Shown piece after piece: positions 8,447 through 16,865 of a DNA stretch of 64,000 nucleotides (position 1 is its first letter; the number at the start of each line of letters is the position of its first letter). Made by a program: the position numbers and the translations under genes. Source of the stretch: a virus (taxonomy: Duplodnaviria; Caudoviricetes); IMG/VR virus record IMGVR_UViG_2936381700_000001, positions 5,047-69,046 of that record; one strand, written 5' to 3'. The notes below the pieces were generated by a model, which was not told the origin of the DNA, did no database searches, and saw only the letters and a program-made list of their open reading frames with translations.

Positions 8447-9156
8447 AATGGGAGGTCGTTTACGACCCTCCTCACAAGGCCGATGATTTCGACCATTGTG
8501 CCTGTGTCGGCCGCGTGGTCGCGTGGCACCACGATGGGCCTGTGCTTTGGGTTCGTCGAGCGCGGGTGGTATTCCGTTCTATCCTGGTAGAGCTCGATCT
8601 GTTTCACGGACCATTCGCGCGTCTGGCCGCCATCGCGGGTTCTTTCGACGACAACGACCATCCCATCCCGCAAAGGGGCCTCATGAGCGACATCTTCATA
8701 GGAAACACAGATGACGCGATCGCCGGGAAGGATCGGGCGCGGACGCAGATCATTCATCGAATCGCCGGAGACGTCGAAGGCCATCAGCCGAGCGCTTGGG
8801 AAGCGATCGTCCGCAGGCAGGGACAGAAGCTCTCTTTCCGATTGGTCCATGTCGTCAACTTCGCGGAACGTGCCCGCTTCGACCTTTCCGACAACGGCAA
8901 CCGGCAAAAGTCTGCCCTCGATGGGTGCTGCCTCGACGTCGCTGAGTTCCAGACCGTCGCGCAGCCAGAGGGCCGATTTACCGATTGCGGAGGCGAGTTT
9001 TTGCATTTCCTCGCCGCGGGGCTGCTCAATCTTGCCGTTCAGATATTTGTTTATGTTCGCATAAGGAATACCCGCGCGCCGTGCAAGTTCCGCACCGCTC
9101 CATCCAAGCTCGATCCTACGAGAGTCCAGTCGCTTCCACCAAGTCATAAAGCGCAT
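8443..9156 (-). CDS. cI: CI-like repressor (XRE HTH + S24 peptidase)
   Basis: GWSGAELARRAGIPYANINKYLNG; VSGDSM catalytic Ser; SVKQI Lys; divergent from cro-like gene. Confidence 0.92.
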   Translation of the reverse strand: MRFMTWWKRLDSRRIELGWSGAELARRAGIPYANINKYLNGKIEQPRGEEMQKLASAIGKSALWLRDGLELSDVEAAPIEGRLLPVAVVGKVEAGTFREVDDMDQSERELLSLPADDRFPSARLMAFDVSGDSMNDLRPRPILPGDRVICVSYEDVAHEAPLRDGMVVVVERTRDGGQTREWSVKQIELYQDRTEYHPRSTNPKHRPIVVPRDHAADTGTMVEIIGLVRRVVNDLPF

Positions 9157-9182
9157 AATAAATCCGGAATTTTTTTCTGGTG

Positions 9183-9226
9183 TAGATTTCCCATGGCTTG
9201 AAGGTAGATTTAAAATCTAGTACAGC
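9183..9226 (+). promoter_or_regulatory. PR-like promoter/operator
   Basis: Perfect palindrome TAGATTT-A-AAATCTA 9205-9219 just downstream of TTGAAG (9198-9203); half site TAGATTT at 9183. Confidence 0.7.
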
Positions 9227-9233
9227 TTCGTGC

Positions 9234-9485
9234 ATGGATGCGGAAATCACAGTTACGAAAATCATCAAAGAGGCGGGCGGGGTCGCCGCAATCGAGCGCG
9301 CGTGCATCGACGCCGGCGTGGCGATTACCCGCGACGCTATCTACAAGTGGCGGCACACGGGTATTCCTGATCGCCACTGGCGCGTCCTTATTCCGCTGAC
9401 AGCCTTTGGTCCTGAGGAGTTCTATCGCGCGAATTGCATTGCGCGGGACATTCCCTATCCGGAAACCTCGGAGGCCGCCGAATGA
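9234..9485 (+). CDS. Cro-like protein
   Basis: IIKEAGGVAAIERAC...AIYKWRHTGIP; divergent from cI. Confidence 0.8.
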   Translation: MDAEITVTKIIKEAGGVAAIERACIDAGVAITRDAIYKWRHTGIPDRHWRVLIPLTAFGPEEFYRANCIARDIPYPETSEAAE

Positions 9486-9679
9486 CCCTCTCCCTGAAGC
9501 GTGGCATCCCCAATCCATGCCGCGCCACCTCGCGCCGGACGGGCGGACCCCAAGCGTCCGGCGCGATTTTCTTTTGCTGGAGCGGTCCTGCTGTTCTCCG
9601 CTTCGGCATGCGCCCGGCGGCTTTGCGGCAACCGGGTGCGCCCCTGTTTGCGTTTGCTTTGTCATGCGGTCCTCCGTGA
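9482..9679 (+). CDS. Possible small hypothetical protein
   Basis: ATGA overlap with cro stop; low-complexity product. Confidence 0.35.
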   Translation: MTLSLKRGIPNPCRATSRRTGGPQASGAIFFCWSGPAVLRFGMRPAALRQPGAPLFAFALSCGPP

Positions 9680-9768
9680 TCTCTTGATGAGCTGAGTTCT
9701 CACATTTCCGCATCGTTCCCGCCACGGGAAAAACCCGCCGGAATTCCCGGCGCGGGAAGGCTTTTGTT

Positions 9769-10275
9769 TTGTCTGGAGTGACTGACATGGACGCATTTCT
9801 CTACCGCGTGAAGGCGGCGCAAAGGGACCTCATCGAACGCTGCGGCGGCATCATGCGCGTCGTCGAGAAATCGGGCTATTCCAAGAGCGAGGTCGGACGC
9901 TGGAACAACGGTTCCGAACCCGACCTGATGCCGGTCGGCGCGATCGCCGTACTGGAGCGCGATTGCGGCCAGGCGCTGGTGACGGCGGTGCTCGCCGAAA
10001 CCAACGGTCGGCGATTGACCGATCCGGACGAAGCCCGCAAGGCCGAAATCAGCGTCCTCACCAGCCATGCCGAGCTGATGCGGCATTCCGCCGAAGTGGC
10101 GAACGCAATCGCCGTGGCGATCAGTGACGGCCAGGTGACGCCTTCGGAAGCGACCACCATCGACCGGCTGGCGGGGGGACTGGAGCGCGCGGCCTCCGAC
10201 ATGCGCGCAGCACTCGCCGTCATCAAGGCGGCCGGCGGCGTCAAGGCAGGCCTCAAGGTCGTGAGCGGGGAGTGA
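9769..10275 (+). CDS. CII-like phage regulatory protein
   Basis: KAAQRDLIERCGG...SEVGRW; AISDGQVTPSE; position after cro. Confidence 0.75.
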   Translation: MSGVTDMDAFLYRVKAAQRDLIERCGGIMRVVEKSGYSKSEVGRWNNGSEPDLMPVGAIAVLERDCGQALVTAVLAETNGRRLTDPDEARKAEISVLTSHAELMRHSAEVANAIAVAISDGQVTPSEATTIDRLAGGLERAASDMRAALAVIKAAGGVKAGLKVVSGE

Positions 10276-10508
10276 CGATGGTGACCGAGCCCGGCCTCAA
10301 CCGCGACGGACGGCTGCTGCTCTACCGAGCGGCGCAATTCATCGACCGCCATGGCCGCGCCTATCCGCTTTCGCTCGAAAGCGACAAGCGCGGTGCCGAG
10401 GTGGCAGTTGCCGGCGGCTATGCCGAGCGCCTGGCCGACGATCCGCATTTCGTGACCGTGACCGAGAAGGGCCGCGGCTACATCGACGCTTTGATGAGGG
10501 CTGAGTGA
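10272..10508 (+). CDS. Phage hypothetical protein
   Basis: Coupled ORF. Confidence 0.65.
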   Translation: MTMVTEPGLNRDGRLLLYRAAQFIDRHGRAYPLSLESDKRGAEVAVAGGYAERLADDPHFVTVTEKGRGYIDALMRAE

Positions 10509-11356
10509 TGAATGCATCTGCTGCCGTTTCTGCCGCCGTCGCGCTGCGCACGATCACGCCGCTCGATTTTCCCGATCTGCCGCGCGCCGGGGTGCCGGAC
10601 TGGATGCCCGAGGTGCGCCTGGTCAAGCCCGCCGAGCTCGTCGTCGACGAAGGCTATCAGCGGGGCCTTTCCGATCGCTCCATCCGGCTGATCCGCAAGA
10701 TCGTCGCCGAATGGAGCTGGCTTGCCTTCAAGCCGCCGATCGTCGTCGAGGTCGATGCCCGGCTCCATGTGATCGACGGGCAGCACACGGCGATCGGCGC
10801 CGTCACCCATGGCGGCATTGCGCTGATACCGGTGCTGGTCGTGCGGGCGGAGGCGGTGGCTGAACGCGCCTCGGCCTTTGTGCGTCACAACCGCGACCGC
10901 ATCCAGGTGACGGCGACGCAGCTGCATGCGGCTCTCGTCGCTGCCGGCGATGAAGACGCGCTGACCATGGCGCAGGTCTGCGATCGCGCCGGCGTGACAC
11001 TGCTCAAAAATCCGCCGCCCTTCGCCAAATTCAAGCCGGGCGACAGCATGGCGGTTTCGACGATTGCCTCGGTGATCTCGCGCCGGCACGCCAGGGGCGC
11101 GCGCGAGATCCTTGAAATCTGCGTCAAGGGCAGGGCGGCGCCGGTTAGCGCCATCCTGATCCGTGCCGTCGAGCATCTTCTGTTTGCCACCGAATACAAG
11201 GGGCAGATCGAGCCCGACCGGATCTCGGCGCTGCTGCAGGCAATGCCCGCGCAGCTGGAGACCGAAGCCAAGCGGTTCGCGGCCGAGCGTAAGGTGCCGC
11301 TCTGGCGGGCGACGGCCTCGGTCATTTTCATGAACCGGAGAAAAGCGCGTGGATGA
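10505..11356 (+). CDS. ParB/Srx-like N-terminal domain protein (DUF6551-like)
   Basis: LVVDEGYQRGLS, HVIDGQHT. Confidence 0.8.
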   Translation: MMNASAAVSAAVALRTITPLDFPDLPRAGVPDWMPEVRLVKPAELVVDEGYQRGLSDRSIRLIRKIVAEWSWLAFKPPIVVEVDARLHVIDGQHTAIGAVTHGGIALIPVLVVRAEAVAERASAFVRHNRDRIQVTATQLHAALVAAGDEDALTMAQVCDRAGVTLLKNPPPFAKFKPGDSMAVSTIASVISRRHARGAREILEICVKGRAAPVSAILIRAVEHLLFATEYKGQIEPDRISALLQAMPAQLETEAKRFAAERKVPLWRATASVIFMNRRKARG

Positions 11357-11744
11357 TCTGGTCGATATCCTCCGGACAGAGAACGAGACGCTGCGCGAAC
11401 GCGTGCGGCAGCTCGAAGCTCTGCTCTTGCCGGAAGATATCGAGATCCCGATTGAGTGGCGGCTGGTCAATGCCGAGCGCCGGATCTTCGCGGCGCTGAC
11501 CCGGCGTGAGATCGTCACCAAGGACATGCTTTACGAGGCGCTCTATGGTGACCGGCTCGATCTTGACAAGGAAATCGAGATCAACTGCGTCGAAAGCCAT
11601 GTCAGCAAGCTCAAGCGCAAGGTGAAGCCGTTCGGCGTCGTCATCATCAGCCGCCGCTTCGTCGGCTACAGCCTGCTCAACCGAGAGAAATACGCCCATA
11701 CCCCCCCCGTTCCGGTAACGAAGACGGTGGCGCGGCATGGATGA
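11349..11744 (+). CDS. Coiled coil + OmpR/PhoB-type winged-helix protein (paralog 1)
   Basis: LRERVRQLEALL; VTKDMLYEALYG...VESHVSKLKRKV...VGYSL; no receiver domain. Confidence 0.85.
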   Translation: MDDLVDILRTENETLRERVRQLEALLLPEDIEIPIEWRLVNAERRIFAALTRREIVTKDMLYEALYGDRLDLDKEIEINCVESHVSKLKRKVKPFGVVIISRRFVGYSLLNREKYAHTPPVPVTKTVARHG

Positions 11745-12087
11745 TCTCGTCGACCTCCAGCGCGACCGCATCGCCTTCCTCGAAGAACGCGTCCGTCAAC
11801 TTGAGGAGGCGCTGATGCCTGCGAGCGTGATGGCGCCTATCGAATATCAGCTGACGGCGAATGAAGCGCGTGTTTTCTCGCATCTCGCCAGCCGTGACTT
11901 CGGAACGAAGCAATCGATCATGATGGCGCTCTACAGCGACCGCGCGGAAGAGCCTGAAATCAAGATCGTCGATGTGTTCGTGTGCAAGATGCGCCGCAAG
12001 CTCAAGCCGTTCGGTGTGCGGATCGAAACGATCTGGGGGCAGGGGTATCGGCTGGCGCGGCCTGGCATGGCGGAGGTGGCGGCGTGA
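11737..12087 (+). CDS. Coiled coil + CtrA-like winged-helix protein (paralog 2)
   Basis: EPEIKIVDVFVCKMRRKL...IETIWGQGY; no receiver domain. Confidence 0.88.
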   Translation: MDDLVDLQRDRIAFLEERVRQLEEALMPASVMAPIEYQLTANEARVFSHLASRDFGTKQSIMMALYSDRAEEPEIKIVDVFVCKMRRKLKPFGVRIETIWGQGYRLARPGMAEVAA

Positions 12088-13637
12088 GCGACGATACACC
12101 GATCACCATTTCTGGTCCTGGCGATCTTTCAGTCGAGACGACGCTCGGCGCCATCAAGGCTGCCGGCGACGCGGCGGCTAAAGGCATCATTCCATCGCGC
12201 ACCGACGCTTCCGATCTCGCCGCGACCATCGAGCGGGCGCGGGCGCTGCTCGACGATGGCGATTATCAGGCGGCGCTGCTGCTTTCTACAGGCGCCTACG
12301 AGCAGGCGAAGGCAGCGGCCGGCTATGCCGAGAAGGTGAAGGCAAGCCGCCAGCTGATCGACAAGGCCCGGCGCATGCAGGCGGACGCTCTGAAGATCGA
12401 AAGCGTCTGCTACGTGGCGATGGCGAATGCTGTCGACGAGGCGCAGGCGAAGGGACAGGTGGCGAAGCCGGGACAGAAGGCAAATGTCCCGGGCTCGGAC
12501 ATTTTCACGCTGGACGACGTCGGCGTCGATCGCCGGCGGCTGCTCGAGGCCCGCAAGCTGCGCGACGCTGAGGTGAAGGATCCTGGGATCGTCGAGCGGG
12601 CGATCGAGGCGCGGCTTTCGCAGGGCTTGGAGCCGAGCCGCGCCAATCTGCGCGCCGCTGTCGGCACGGCCTCCGCCAGCAAGGAAGATCGGGGCGACAA
12701 CTTCTATCAGACGCCGGCCTGCGCCACGCGCACGCTGCTCGCCTTCGAAAGCTTCTCGCCGACCATCTGGGAATCTTCCTGCGGCCTCGGCGCGATTTCG
12801 CGGGTGCTGGAAGAGGCTGGCTATGAGGTTGTTCTTACGGATCTCGTCGATCGGCAGACTGTAACGCAGCACGGCGAGCTGCAGGGCGTCGGCGATTTCC
12901 TAGCCAGCCAGCCGGAAGCACCGGGCGAGGGGCACGATATCTGCACTAATCCGCCCTATGGCGAGGTGCTGAACGATTACGTCGCGCATGCGCTGCGCGT
13001 CCACCGGCCGCGCAAGATGGCGCTGCTGCTCAACCTCAATTTCCTCTGCGGCTTCGACGACGACGCCCGCAATTTCGTCATGGACGAAAACCCGCCGGCG
13101 CGCGTCTACGTCTTCAAGCGTCGCCTGCCGATGATGCATCGCGAGGGTTATGAGGGGCCGAAGGCATCGAGCCGCATGAACACCGCCTGGTTCGTCTGGG
13201 AGCGGCAGGACGATGGCAGCTACGGCGACACGACGATCGTCAAGCGCGTCGACTGGAAGGATTACGAGGATGCGGACGCGCTGGAGCCCGGCGAGGGCGG
13301 CAATGCCAGCGGCGTGCGCTTCGAAGAGTTCAAGCGTGAGACGCCGCGCAAGACGCTCGACGAGCGCGTCGAGGAAGTCTCTTCCAGGGCTCTGCTCTGG
13401 TGCGCGGGCAAGGATGATTTTGACGCCGTTGAACTGCGCCGGGCGATCGGCGTGCGCCCGACGACTGCGGAAGGCGCCATTCACTGGATGCTGGAAAAGC
13501 GGCTTATAGACCCCGCGGGCGAAGGTCGGTTCAAGGTGGCGAGCGACGGCTGGACTGCCCTCAGGGCCACGGCGGCCGTCATCAACGATCCCAAGCTGAT
13601 CAGTCTCATCGAGCAGATCCAGGCGGTGCCCGCATGA
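12084..13637 (+). CDS. Phage amino (N6-A/N4-C) DNA methyltransferase with helical N-terminal domain and C-terminal winged helix
   Basis: FYQTP, WESSCGLG (motif I), CTNPPY (motif IV); GTG start overlapping upstream stop. Confidence 0.82.
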   Translation: MSDDTPITISGPGDLSVETTLGAIKAAGDAAAKGIIPSRTDASDLAATIERARALLDDGDYQAALLLSTGAYEQAKAAAGYAEKVKASRQLIDKARRMQADALKIESVCYVAMANAVDEAQAKGQVAKPGQKANVPGSDIFTLDDVGVDRRRLLEARKLRDAEVKDPGIVERAIEARLSQGLEPSRANLRAAVGTASASKEDRGDNFYQTPACATRTLLAFESFSPTIWESSCGLGAISRVLEEAGYEVVLTDLVDRQTVTQHGELQGVGDFLASQPEAPGEGHDICTNPPYGEVLNDYVAHALRVHRPRKMALLLNLNFLCGFDDDARNFVMDENPPARVYVFKRRLPMMHREGYEGPKASSRMNTAWFVWERQDDGSYGDTTIVKRVDWKDYEDADALEPGEGGNASGVRFEEFKRETPRKTLDERVEEVSSRALLWCAGKDDFDAVELRRAIGVRPTTAEGAIHWMLEKRLIDPAGEGRFKVASDGWTALRATAAVINDPKLISLIEQIQAVPA

Positions 13638-13984
13638 GTGATCACCAAACGCCCACACCCGATTTCTCGCCGGCCATGCTGAAGGGCTTTCTGCGCGCCC
13701 GCGTAAAGATGCAATTCTACATGGCGGCTTATCCAAATTCGCCACTGAAGGCCGCACCTGATCAGGAGCATCGCGAGGCGCGGCTGCGCGGCGAGCTGCG
13801 CAAGTTGGCGGGCGTCAGCGCCAAGGATTTCAATCGGGCATGGACGGGTCTCGGCATCGATGTCGACGCACGGCTGAAGTTGTGGCGGGCGCTCGGCGTC
13901 AGCCCGACGGCGCACGGGGTGCGTCTGATCGGGACGGACCAGCAGGAGTGGATGGCACATAGGAGGGCGGACGATGCAGCCTGA
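13634..13984 (+). CDS. Phage hypothetical protein
   Basis: Coupled ORF. Confidence 0.65.
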   Translation: MSDHQTPTPDFSPAMLKGFLRARVKMQFYMAAYPNSPLKAAPDQEHREARLRGELRKLAGVSAKDFNRAWTGLGIDVDARLKLWRALGVSPTAHGVRLIGTDQQEWMAHRRADDAA

Positions 13985-14249
13985 GATCGACCGGGCCCGC
14001 CTTGCCCGCGATGTACGCCAGTGGCTTTCCGACAACGATCTGACGACGCGCAGCGCCCAGCAGGCCTGCCCCGGCCTCAACCCCGCGATGATCTCGCGGG
14101 CGTGCAGCCAAAGCATTCTTTCGGCGGCGAGCATGCTGGCGCTCTGCGCGGCGATGAAGCGCGATCCGACCGCCTACCTGATCTTTGTCGATAAGAGAAA
14201 TCAAGCTGTTACAGCAAACGTTCATCGTGAAACACGAGGTGCGGCATGA
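13974..14249 (+). CDS. XRE-like HTH protein
   Basis: WLSDNDLTTRSAQQACPGLNPAMISRAC. Confidence 0.65.
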   Translation: MQPEIDRARLARDVRQWLSDNDLTTRSAQQACPGLNPAMISRACSQSILSAASMLALCAAMKRDPTAYLIFVDKRNQAVTANVHRETRGAA

Positions 14250-14437
14250 GCATCGAACTCGGCAGCTGGGTGCTTCCCCTCGGCGTTACCATCATCGCCT
14301 TCGGCTTTGCGCTCGCCAGCGTCAAGATAGGCGATATCGCCTACTTCAGTCGAACGATCTTCAACTTGCTGATCGTGTCGCTCGCCGCGATCGCGTCGCT
14401 GTCGACGTGGCTCGCCTGGGTTCTGGTGATCCGATGA
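14246..14437 (+). CDS. Small two-TM membrane protein
   Basis: Two hydrophobic stretches; coupled. Confidence 0.65.
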   Translation: MSIELGSWVLPLGVTIIAFGFALASVKIGDIAYFSRTIFNLLIVSLAAIASLSTWLAWVLVIR

Positions 14438-14727
14438 ACGTGCTGCCGATCATCGAAGGGCTAACAGACAGCAACGCACCGTCAGACTGGGCGCTGTGGC
14501 TGATGCGCTGCCCGCTCGGCATCATCCACCGCGAGCAGATGACGATCCGCCGGATCCTGCAACAGCGCGGCTTTGCCGCCGGCGTCGCCTATCTCGACGC
14601 GCTGCTTGCCTATTCGAACGCAACGAGACTGCCGGACGGGACATTTCCCGCGACGGTCGTGATGCCCGTGCACATGGCGGCCGGGGCAATGAGGGAAGCG
14701 GCGCGGGCCGCAGAGGGGCAAGCATGA
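14434..14727 (+). CDS. Phage hypothetical protein
   Basis: ATGA coupling at both ends. Confidence 0.65.
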   Translation: MNVLPIIEGLTDSNAPSDWALWLMRCPLGIIHREQMTIRRILQQRGFAAGVAYLDALLAYSNATRLPDGTFPATVVMPVHMAAGAMREAARAAEGQA

Positions 14728-16865
14728 ATTCGATGGCAATGCCGAAGAGTTTCGGGCTCGACAATCGCATGACCGTGGTTCTCTTCGCCGGCATGGGCGG
14801 CGGCTGCGACGGGCTAGAGGACGCAGGCTTTCACGTGCACCTCGCCGTCAATCACGATCCGCTGGCGATCGCGATGCATGAAAAGCGCCACCCGCATACG
14901 CGGCACCTGCGCTGCGACGTCTTCGAGGTCGATCCGAAGGAAGCCACGCGCGGCCGTGGCGTTCGCATCCTGCATGCCTCTCCCGACTGCACGCATTTCT
15001 CGGTCGCCAAGGGTTCCAAGCCGGTCAGCAAGCGGCGGCGCTCGCTCGCCTGGGTGATCCCGCGCTGGGCAGGGCAGGTGCGCCCCGAGGTGATCACCAT
15101 GGAGAATGTCCAGGAGATCAAGACCTGGGGTCCGCTAATCTGCAAGCGCGACAAGAAGTCGGGCAGGGCGATGCGCCGCGACGGATCGGTCGCCGCCAAG
15201 GGCGAGCGCATTCCGCTCGAAGAGCAGTGGCTGATCCCGGATCCGCGCCACAAGGGGCGCATTTGGCGCGCCTGGCTGAAGCATATGGAAGGCCTCGGCT
15301 ACAGCTTCGATCACCGCGTGCTCGTCTGCGCTGATTTTGGCATTCCGACCATCCGCAAGCGCTTCTTCGGCGTGGCGCGCGCCGACGGCGGCCAGATCTA
15401 CTGGCCGGAGCGCACGCATGCGCCGCGTGACAAGGCGAAGGCGCTCGGCCTCAAGCCGTGGGTCGGCGCGCATACGATCATCGACTGGTCGCTTCCGGTG
15501 AAATCCATCTTCGGCCGCAAGAAGCCGCTCGCCGACGCCACGCTGCGCCGGATCGCCCGCGGCGTCATGCGCTACGTCGTCAACGCCAACAAGCCGTTCA
15601 TCGTGCCGATCACCCATGCCGGCGGCGACAGGGTGCATGCGGTCGACGAGCCGCTGCGCACGCTGACGACGGCGCATCGCGGCGAGCTGATGCTCGTTGC
15701 GCCGACAATCGTCGATACAGCGCACGGCGAGGGTCAGGGGCGCGGAGTCTCTGAGTGGTCAGCCGAAGAACCGCTGCGCACGGTGGCGGCTAGCCCGGGC
15801 AAGGCGGTCATCTCGGCGCATCTGACGAAATTCCGCACCGGCTCGACCGGCTCGAATATTGAGCAACCATTGCCGACTTTCACCGCGAACAATTTCGAGA
15901 AGCGGCCGGGCGGCGCGCCTCCGCTCGGCGTCGCCGCGGTGCATCTCTCGACGATGCGGAACGCGCAGAAGCCATTCGGCGCGGCCGACGAGCCGCTGCA
16001 TACGGTCACGGCTGGCGGGGCGGGAATATCTCTCGTAGCGGCGACGATGGTGCAGACGGGTTATGGCGAGCGTGAGGGGCAAGCGCCTCGGGCGTTGGAT
16101 ATCGAGGAGCCGGTCGGAACTGTGGTGGCTGGCGGCTCAAAGGCGGCGGTCGTTGCGACGTTTCTGGCGCAGCACAACAGCGATCCGCGTGCCGACGGTT
16201 CCGTCAAGTTCCGGGCAGGGCGTGATGTGGCCGAGCCGTTGGCCACGGTCACGACTGACCATCAGCAAGCAGTCGTCGCCGCATTCATGGCGCAGCACAA
16301 TACCGGCGTTGTCGGCCACTCGGCGGAAGAGCCGCTGTCGACGATGACGACCGGCGGCGATCGCGGACAGACGCAGCAGGGCGTCGTGACGGCGGCGCTC
16401 GGTAGCCTTCGCGGAACTAATCGACATGGGCAGGACATCCGCCATCCTCTGCCGACGCAGACCTGCGGGGGCGGGCGTGGCGGGCATGAGATGCTGATCC
16501 TGCCGTTTCTGCAAACATATTACGGCTCGGGCGAAAACAGTCACGATGTCCGCGACCCGCTGCACACACTGACCGTCAACGATCGGCACGGCTTGGTCAC
16601 TGTCGTGGTCAACGGCCAGACGATGGTCATCACCGATATCTGCATGCGCATGCTCGACCCGCTCGAGGGCGCGGCGGCGCACGGCTTCGATCCGAAGAGC
16701 TTCGACCACGTGATCGAGTTCACCGACGAGAAGGGCCGGCACGTGAAGCGCAAGCCGACAAAGACCGAGCTCGGCCACCTCGTCGGCAACAGCGTGCCGA
16801 AGAAGATGATCCGCCTGCTGGCGGAGTGCAACGGACGTTACGAATTCGTCGAGGCTGCGGAATGA
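14724..16865 (+). CDS. DNA cytosine-5 methyltransferase with nine-fold repeated variable region
   Basis: LFAGMGG (I), HASPDC (IV), ENV (VI), RKRF (VIII), GNSV (X). Confidence 0.92.
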   Translation: MNSMAMPKSFGLDNRMTVVLFAGMGGGCDGLEDAGFHVHLAVNHDPLAIAMHEKRHPHTRHLRCDVFEVDPKEATRGRGVRILHASPDCTHFSVAKGSKPVSKRRRSLAWVIPRWAGQVRPEVITMENVQEIKTWGPLICKRDKKSGRAMRRDGSVAAKGERIPLEEQWLIPDPRHKGRIWRAWLKHMEGLGYSFDHRVLVCADFGIPTIRKRFFGVARADGGQIYWPERTHAPRDKAKALGLKPWVGAHTIIDWSLPVKSIFGRKKPLADATLRRIARGVMRYVVNANKPFIVPITHAGGDRVHAVDEPLRTLTTAHRGELMLVAPTIVDTAHGEGQGRGVSEWSAEEPLRTVAASPGKAVISAHLTKFRTGSTGSNIEQPLPTFTANNFEKRPGGAPPLGVAAVHLSTMRNAQKPFGAADEPLHTVTAGGAGISLVAATMVQTGYGEREGQAPRALDIEEPVGTVVAGGSKAAVVATFLAQHNSDPRADGSVKFRAGRDVAEPLATVTTDHQQAVVAAFMAQHNTGVVGHSAEEPLSTMTTGGDRGQTQQGVVTAALGSLRGTNRHGQDIRHPLPTQTCGGGRGGHEMLILPFLQTYYGSGENSHDVRDPLHTLTVNDRHGLVTVVVNGQTMVITDICMRMLDPLEGAAAHGFDPKSFDHVIEFTDEKGRHVKRKPTKTELGHLVGNSVPKKMIRLLAECNGRYEFVEAAE

